From positions 64,001 to 88,929 of IMG/VR virus record IMGVR_UViG_3300042923_000186: 24,929 bases of DNA; one strand, 5' to 3'. The position numbers and the translations under genes are program-made. Shown piece by piece: positions 20,226 to 24,929 of this stretch. The notes under the pieces were generated by a model that was not told the DNA's origin, did not search any database, and saw nothing but the letters and a program-made list of their open reading frames with translations. This DNA is from a virus. Taxonomy: Duplodnaviria > Heunggongvirae > Uroviricota > Caudoviricetes. How positions within the stretch are numbered: the first letter of the stretch is position 1; every line of letters starts with the position of its first letter.

Positions 20226-20254
20226 ACTATAACAGGTAGCTAGTTAGCTATCAA
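20226..20254 (-). promoter_or_regulatory. sigma70 promoter
   Basis: TTGATA-gctaactagctacctgt(17)-TATAGT. Confidence 0.78.
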
Positions 20255-20261
20255 GCGGTTT

Positions 20262-20654
20262 TTACAAGTCCTTGCGGCGTTGGACTTCCCGGCGGTCATA
20301 CGGCACATTTGCCACTTCCCGGAAATAGATTGTCGGGTGGCCGTTGTCGTGAGGCGGATACAGGGCCGGGAACAGGGCTGGCATGGCGTCGCGGATATCG
20401 TATTGCCATTGGTCGCGGCCCGATCCTTCAAACGTCTTGACGATGTTGCCGGTGTCAGCGTCCCGCAATTCGGCCTTGTAAATCATGCCACTGCCGCCCC
20501 ACCATTCACGGGCGGTAATCGTATGCGACGGCATAATAGCGAGGCTTCGAACTGGTTTGCCGTTTTCTTTGGCTGTGACGTATTCGTGTGGCAAGACAGT
20601 GTGCCAATCACCGTCAAGGAATGCTTGCCGGAAGATGAATTTAGGATCAGTCAT
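20262..20654 (-). CDS. hypothetical protein
   Basis: Start reassigned to ATG 20654 (MTDPKF) after GGAG. Confidence 0.75.
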   Translation of the reverse strand: MTDPKFIFRQAFLDGDWHTVLPHEYVTAKENGKPVRSLAIMPSHTITAREWWGGSGMIYKAELRDADTGNIVKTFEGSGRDQWQYDIRDAMPALFPALYPPHDNGHPTIYFREVANVPYDRREVQRRKDL

Positions 20655-20655
20655 T

Positions 20656-21018
20656 TTATTTACTCCAGTGGGGTTCATAAGCGAACGGCACATCATAAGA
20701 CAGTTCGCCGTTGATATTCGATTTGAACGTTGAAGAGTTCGATTGTTGCAACGGGAACCGGGACAGAATTTCAGTGGTCTTTTCCGTGACAGGGAAATAC
20801 AAATCGCTCTGCCAATTGGAGCACTCAACGCCAGCGGCGATAAGAGCTTGATACAACGTCAGTTCGGTGAATCGAGCAAAACTGATATGTTCCCATTTCT
20901 CGTAGAGCTTTAGATTTGCGGCCTCTTCGTTTTCCGCTACTACCACAGCGGATATCCAGTACGTGACACCGATAGCGCCTTTGGTTCGTCCATTAAATTG
21001 TACGTTGTAGGTTTTCAT
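20656..21018 (-). CDS. hypothetical protein
   Basis: Start reassigned to ATG 21018 (MKTYNV); 120 aa. Confidence 0.75.
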   Translation of the reverse strand: MKTYNVQFNGRTKGAIGVTYWISAVVVAENEEAANLKLYEKWEHISFARFTELTLYQALIAAGVECSNWQSDLYFPVTEKTTEILSRFPLQQSNSSTFKSNINGELSYDVPFAYEPHWSK

Positions 21019-21019
21019 T

Positions 21020-21211
21020 TTAAATCCCGATGAGTACATACCGACGTGCTTCCACAGACCAATTGCGCTTTGCCAAGAACCGGGCAGCAGCATAAAAGCC
21101 GTGGGCTTTGAACAGTTCGCGGGCCTGTTCTATTTCAGTTTTCCCGCTATTGTCCGTCTTATTCTTTCCGTCGATAATAACATCGACGGTTTTATCATAA
21201 TGGCCGGTCAT
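21020..21211 (-). CDS. hypothetical protein
   Basis: 63 aa, RBS GGA, tightly packed. Confidence 0.72.
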   Translation of the reverse strand: MTGHYDKTVDVIIDGKNKTDNSGKTEIEQARELFKAHGFYAAARFLAKRNWSVEARRYVLIGI

Positions 21212-21215
21212 GGCG

Positions 21216-21743
21216 TTACTTCCAGAGGTAATAACGCGGAGACGTGTCGCCGTAAATCGCTGCCTTGCGTTGTTTCCGGGTGCGTGGTTCCGGGCTCAGT
21301 TTATCGCTGTATGGCGAGCGGACATATTTACCGCCACGTTTTACGTGTCCGGCGCCTTCCCGTGCGTTACGGGACCGGGTGTCCGATGGATTCAGTTTGA
21401 AACCTCGATACGTCAACAGGGCAGCCAGCCTATTGACACGGGCCGGAACAGTCACGGCGGCGACATCGGCTTTCGGCTCTTCGGCGGTAATCTCTTTCGA
21501 CTTCTTCGAAAGGATGGTATTCAGAACGGCGGTATCTTTGGCGGGAGCCCCCGGCGTGACTTTCGCGTCTTGTGCATTGCAGTACTTCGTGATTGCGCCT
21601 TTGGCGTTATTCAGCGTGGAATAGCCGTCCGGGTTGAACTTGTCGCCGTCGATATAGAAGCGGGATTGTGCCGGGTCGGTAATCGTGCTGGCGACGGTGA
21701 CGCGTTCGGTAATCGTAAAGCCCTTGTATTCAGTGGTAGACAT
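21216..21743 (-). CDS. hypothetical basic protein
   Basis: 175 aa, RBS TAGGAG, first gene after promoter. Confidence 0.82.
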   Translation of the reverse strand: MSTTEYKGFTITERVTVASTITDPAQSRFYIDGDKFNPDGYSTLNNAKGAITKYCNAQDAKVTPGAPAKDTAVLNTILSKKSKEITAEEPKADVAAVTVPARVNRLAALLTYRGFKLNPSDTRSRNAREGAGHVKRGGKYVRSPYSDKLSPEPRTRKQRKAAIYGDTSPRYYLWK

Positions 21744-21796
21744 TTGGGAAACTCCTATTTGGGTTGGCCGGTTGGCCTGTCTGTGTTGATGTAAGT

Positions 21797-21825
21797 ATCT
21801 TAGCTAACTATCTAACTCTTTGCAA
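21797..21825 (-). promoter_or_regulatory. sigma70 promoter
   Basis: TTGCAA-agagttagatagttagc(17)-TAAGAT. Confidence 0.75.
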
Positions 21826-21838
21826 GCGTTTTTATCAA

Positions 21839-22060
21839 TTATTTTTGGCTTGCGTTGCTGTCGCGTTCTCGCCACACGCTGGCGCCTGTGCTGGCGTTCA
21901 TCCGGTAGGATGCCGGGGGCGGGGCTGTGTTGGCTGCAATCCAGTCGGCCACAGTCTTGCGGGATAAGCTCTTGAACTGTACTACGCCTAGCGGCCCGGA
22001 CGATAGAAGCCTAGTTAGCCACATACCGGCCTCCTTCTTTGGCTTGCTGTACATAAACAT
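21839..22060 (-). CDS. hypothetical protein
   Basis: Start ATG 22060 or 22054 after AAGGA. Confidence 0.6.
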   Translation of the reverse strand: MFMYSKPKKEAGMWLTRLLSSGPLGVVQFKSLSRKTVADWIAANTAPPPASYRMNASTGASVWRERDSNASQK

Positions 22061-22370
22061 TTCCTTTCGTGAAAGGGTGTTGCAGGTATTGACCGAGCGG
22101 CCACGACTCATTGCACGAACGTGCGTAATCCTCTCGATAGCCTAGACGGCCCTCAAGGGGAAAGAACGTGTTTTCGTACCACTCGATATCGGAGACGTAC
22201 GCCGGGGCTCTGTACAGGCCCGTACGCGGGATAGGCACGCCCGCATTTGCGGGCACATGCTCTAGGGTGAAACGATTGGGATATTGTAACTTGGCTTGCT
22301 CAAACGAAATGTTTCTTTTACGCATGATTGCTCTTTGGATAGTTGCCAGTTCAGTGACATTGCGCCACAT
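22011..22370 (-). CDS. phage hypothetical protein
   Basis: QYPNRFTLEHVP...APAYVSDIEWYENTFFP motif resembles a common phage family (from memory). Confidence 0.78.
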   Translation of the reverse strand: MWRNVTELATIQRAIMRKRNISFEQAKLQYPNRFTLEHVPANAGVPIPRTGLYRAPAYVSDIEWYENTFFPLEGRLGYREDYARSCNESWPLGQYLQHPFTKGNVYVQQAKEGGRYVAN

Positions 22371-22380
22371 GGGTAGACGT

Positions 22381-22410
22381 ATCTTACCTAACTAGCTAAC
22401 TATCCGTCAA
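22381..22410 (-). promoter_or_regulatory. sigma70 promoter
   Basis: TTGACG-gatagttagctagttagg(18)-TAAGAT. Confidence 0.7.
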
Positions 22411-22420
22411 GCGTTTTGTG

Positions 22421-23008
22421 TCATGCTGGCACAAGCCCGGCAGCCTTGCGAATTTCGGCCACTTGTGCAAGGAAATGTGCTTCTGCGGCTGCCAGCGCTT
22501 GAGCTACCATGTCCGGGGTTGCAGTCGGCAGGGCTTGCGACTCGATAGACTTAGCACGACCGCTGCCGCGTTTAGGGCCGGGCTTGCCTTTGGCTTTGCC
22601 GGTGTTCTTCGGCGGCGTCAGCATGCTAACAGTCGGCGTCACAGCAGGAAGGGTAGGAGCCGCCAGCGTGGCAGCGTTAGCGGCCTGAACGGATGGCAGG
22701 ACAACACTGTTTTCCGTGACCTTTGGACGCTTGAACAGGTCAGGGCGGTGTTTCTCGGTACGTGGCAGGCGGTGACGAATTTGTGCGTTCGCGTCGTTCA
22801 TGGCGACGGCGTAGCGCTCAGCCATTACCTTTTCATCGTTGGCCGACAGTGCTACAGTGCCGTAGTAGTACGTCATGGGAACGTCAATCAGTTCGTTGCT
22901 TCCTTGCGTCCACGCCTTGATAGTTTGGCTGTCCTTCGTCCACGAATCGACGTTGAACACGACAGCAGCACCTTGATTTGCATCCAGACGGCACAGAATT
23001 TGCGACAT
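22421..23008 (-). CDS. hypothetical protein with Ala/Pro-rich linker and basic KPGPKR patch
   Basis: Start reassigned to ATG 23008 after GGAG; 195 aa. Confidence 0.8.
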   Translation of the reverse strand: MSQILCRLDANQGAAVVFNVDSWTKDSQTIKAWTQGSNELIDVPMTYYYGTVALSANDEKVMAERYAVAMNDANAQIRHRLPRTEKHRPDLFKRPKVTENSVVLPSVQAANAATLAAPTLPAVTPTVSMLTPPKNTGKAKGKPGPKRGSGRAKSIESQALPTATPDMVAQALAAAEAHFLAQVAEIRKAAGLVPA

Positions 23009-23070
23009 GGTAATTTCTCCAGTAGATGGCAACAGTTGGTTGGGTTGCTTGTTAATCAGTACATGTAGAG

Positions 23071-23099
23071 ATAGTAAAGTAAGATTCGCTAGAGTGCAA
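23071..23099 (-). promoter_or_regulatory. sigma70 promoter
   Basis: TTGCAC-17-TACTAT. Confidence 0.7.
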
Positions 23100-23178
23100 G
23101 TGCAAATCGCTATCTTTTGTATGGATTCTGTAAAGATTTGTCTTGTCTCAATGTAGGAACCGTCCTACTCCTACGGGG

Positions 23179-23199
23179 AAAGCCCGCTCTGGGCGGGCT
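23179..23199 (-). terminator. probable intrinsic terminator
   Basis: AGCCCGC-ccaga-GCGGGCT-TT (short U-tract). Confidence 0.6.
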
Positions 23200-23203
23200 G
23201 TGG

Positions 23204-23404
23204 TCACGCTGCAATGGGTTCCTTGCTAGCGTACTTATCGCAAACTTCCTCGTATCGTCGGAGCGCTCGGAGCACTTCTAACGCGGCCTCGCGTTTCTCT
23301 CGGTGCTCACGTTCGTACAGCGGGACGGAGCGTTGTAGAGCGTTCGTATGGGCTTCTGCGGTAGTGGTCCAAGTCACGATATTGTCGTCAATGATGAGGT
23401 TCAT
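23204..23404 (-). CDS. hypothetical protein
   Basis: 66 aa, ATGA overlap. Confidence 0.75.
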   Translation of the reverse strand: MNLIIDDNIVTWTTTAEAHTNALQRSVPLYEREHREKREAALEVLRALRRYEEVCDKYASKEPIAA

Positions 23405-23598
23405 GGCAGTTCCATACCTTTCAAGTTAAAGTAAGTCCGTGCTTCGTCAAGTGTTGTAAAGTGCTGCCCGGCAGTCCCGTTGATGTAGCTCGCCCACGGG
23501 CGGGAAGGGGACCAGTCCGCCCGATATGTGACGCGTCCGCGTCCGCAAGTAGTGCGATAGGTATCGTATTCTACGGGCTTGTTTGGATCGGCTTTCAT
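23401..23598 (-). CDS. hypothetical protein
   Basis: 65 aa, ATGA overlaps on both sides. Confidence 0.78.
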   Translation of the reverse strand: MKADPNKPVEYDTYRTTCGRGRVTYRADWSPSRPWASYINGTAGQHFTTLDEARTYFNLKGMELP

Positions 23599-24317
23599 TC
23601 TTCGATACCTTCAGAATTGTTAGCAAGGCTGTTTTTCAAGCTGCGCAATACGGCGACTTCGACTGACAACTCAAAGCGGGCATCTGGGCCAAGGTCAGGA
23701 TGGTTCCGCAGTGCCCACAGACGTTTTATCCCTTCCTCGCCCGCTGCTATCTCACCTCGCAATTCTTTTACGGCACTATAGCGCTGCCCGTGCTCACGCT
23801 GATTTTCTGCATAGCGCCACGCTTCGCTGTCGGCAAAGATCGCGGCTTCATCTTCGGAGTGGCACACGTTCCCGAAATAGACGCGCTCGCCGCTGTCCGT
23901 CAGGCGGTAGCCAGCGATAAACAGGCCATGCGGCAACCGGCCAACGATGCCGATGCATTTTTCTAGCCCGTCCTCGTCGCAGTACCATCCGCGATGCTTC
24001 GGCCCGCCGTCAACCTCGTGGGCGTCACGTTCGTCCCGGAACTGTTCGCCAGTGTGGCAGTACCAGATAGGTACACGCTTTTCGTACCGCGTTCCGGCGT
24101 CCTTTGTGTTGTGACCCTGTTCAAGCGCTCCGCATGCCGTATTCCAGTTGTCGAATCCCCATTGCCGGGCTTCACGCCACGTCAACGCAACCATCGAAGG
24201 AGGCAAGCTCTGCGTCTGGTGTGCCCGGTGCCAGAGACGCGCCATGCGATACTGTACGCCACCTTTCAGCAGTCGCAGATAGTCGGGGGCGTCAGGAATC
24301 TGTGCAAAGTTAGTCAT
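23595..24317 (-). CDS. hypothetical protein
   Basis: 240 aa, tightly packed with neighbours. Confidence 0.8.
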   Translation of the reverse strand: MTNFAQIPDAPDYLRLLKGGVQYRMARLWHRAHQTQSLPPSMVALTWREARQWGFDNWNTACGALEQGHNTKDAGTRYEKRVPIWYCHTGEQFRDERDAHEVDGGPKHRGWYCDEDGLEKCIGIVGRLPHGLFIAGYRLTDSGERVYFGNVCHSEDEAAIFADSEAWRYAENQREHGQRYSAVKELRGEIAAGEEGIKRLWALRNHPDLGPDARFELSVEVAVLRSLKNSLANNSEGIEE

Positions 24318-24322
24318 GATAG

Positions 24323-24673
24323 TTACGCTTTCAAGAGGGTAATAAATTCGCCTGTCAAGCTGCCGTCATCGTTGAACACGGCAACCTCTTCATAGTCCAG
24401 CATCGCATACAGCGGCCACGGTTCCCGGCTGTTCATCGGGCGATACAGGCCAATCATGCGGGTGTCACCGTCTCCGCCTTTCATCAGTTCGATATTGACT
24501 ACCGTCGTGCTGCCGTCGTCTGGATTCTGCCACACATCAAACGCTTCGCCGCTGTGTTCCAGCAGCACGCCGGGGATGTTCAGTTCCTCCAGCTTAAGGT
24601 AAAGCTGTCCGTAGCACTTCAACAGGTTTGCTTCGTTGAACAGGTCACGCGGGATCACTCGATTGTAGGACAT
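24323..24673 (-). CDS. phage hypothetical protein
   Basis: RBS GAGG; YNRVIPRDLFNEANLLKC N-terminus resembles a common phage early protein family (from memory). Confidence 0.85.
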   Translation of the reverse strand: MSYNRVIPRDLFNEANLLKCYGQLYLKLEELNIPGVLLEHSGEAFDVWQNPDDGSTTVVNIELMKGGDGDTRMIGLYRPMNSREPWPLYAMLDYEEVAVFNDDGSLTGEFITLLKA

Positions 24674-24704
24674 GGTTGCCTCTGTTGTTCGTTTCAGTAT
24701 TGAT

Positions 24705-24733
24705 AGGTTACTAGCTATCTAACTACTTGTCAA
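24705..24733 (-). promoter_or_regulatory. sigma70 promoter
   Basis: TTGACA-agtagttagatagctag(17)-TAACCT. Confidence 0.75.
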
Positions 24734-24929
24734 CCCCACTTTTAATTTTTATTGGCCTCTTCGGGCGTGCCGTGAAACGGACCGTATAGCCGTCCAGAGT
24801 CATTTCAGAATCTACGCTATCCGCGTGGACGTACATAAAGCGAACAGCAGCGGCCACGACCGACGGAACTCGCCCACCTGTGCCAAATACCATCTCTCCG
24901 CCTGCATCGTTTGCGACTAGATCACAGGT
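24723..24929 (-). CDS. 3' end of a hypothetical protein (enters from window edge)
   Basis: Open frame from 24929 to TAG at 24723 (...DAGGEMVFGTGGRVPSVVAAAVRFMYVH...). Confidence 0.45.
   Translation of the reverse strand, partial: TCDLVANDAGGEMVFGTGGRVPSVVAAAVRFMYVHADSVDSEMTLDGYTVRFTARPKRPIKIKSGVDK

Noticed and set aside
5555-24395. Many antisense or alternate-frame ORFs (e.g. 6646-7173, 7263-7895, 10106-10666, 17089-17748, 21210-21794, 22418-23068)
   Set aside because: They are shadows of better-supported genes that have RBS, operon packing and family motifs.

Overview
This is a segment of a tailed dsDNA bacteriophage genome. The layout resembles lytic PAK_P1/Felix-O1/rV5-type phages; that resemblance is an inference from gene order only. 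From left to right: (i) the 5' part of a terminase large subunit gene (minus strand, runs off the left edge), preceded by a ~200-nt structured RNA bounded by its own promoter and terminator; (ii) a minus-strand array of 16 CCA-ending tRNA genes (636-3428), many structurally non-canonical, with an HNH gene, several tRNA-sized structured spacers and a ~350-nt structured leader; (iii) a small gene that may be TerS and an AT-rich palindromic array (4245-4410) with divergent promoters; (iv) a plus-strand accessory block (4530-13596) with a Rha/KilA-C antirepressor-like protein, a serine recombinase, GC-rich mosaic genes, a SpoT/Mesh1-like HD hydrolase, RtcB RNA ligase and many small or membrane proteins; (v) a ~1.2-kb gene-free region between convergent terminators, probably related to the genome termini; (vi) a minus-strand island of short early-type genes (14877-24929) with many sigma70 promoters, a stand-alone LPD11 domain and a second promoter/terminator-bounded small RNA. 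At least 12 promoters carry a tandem (TAGN)n motif. All structures were read by eye; no folding or database searches were run.
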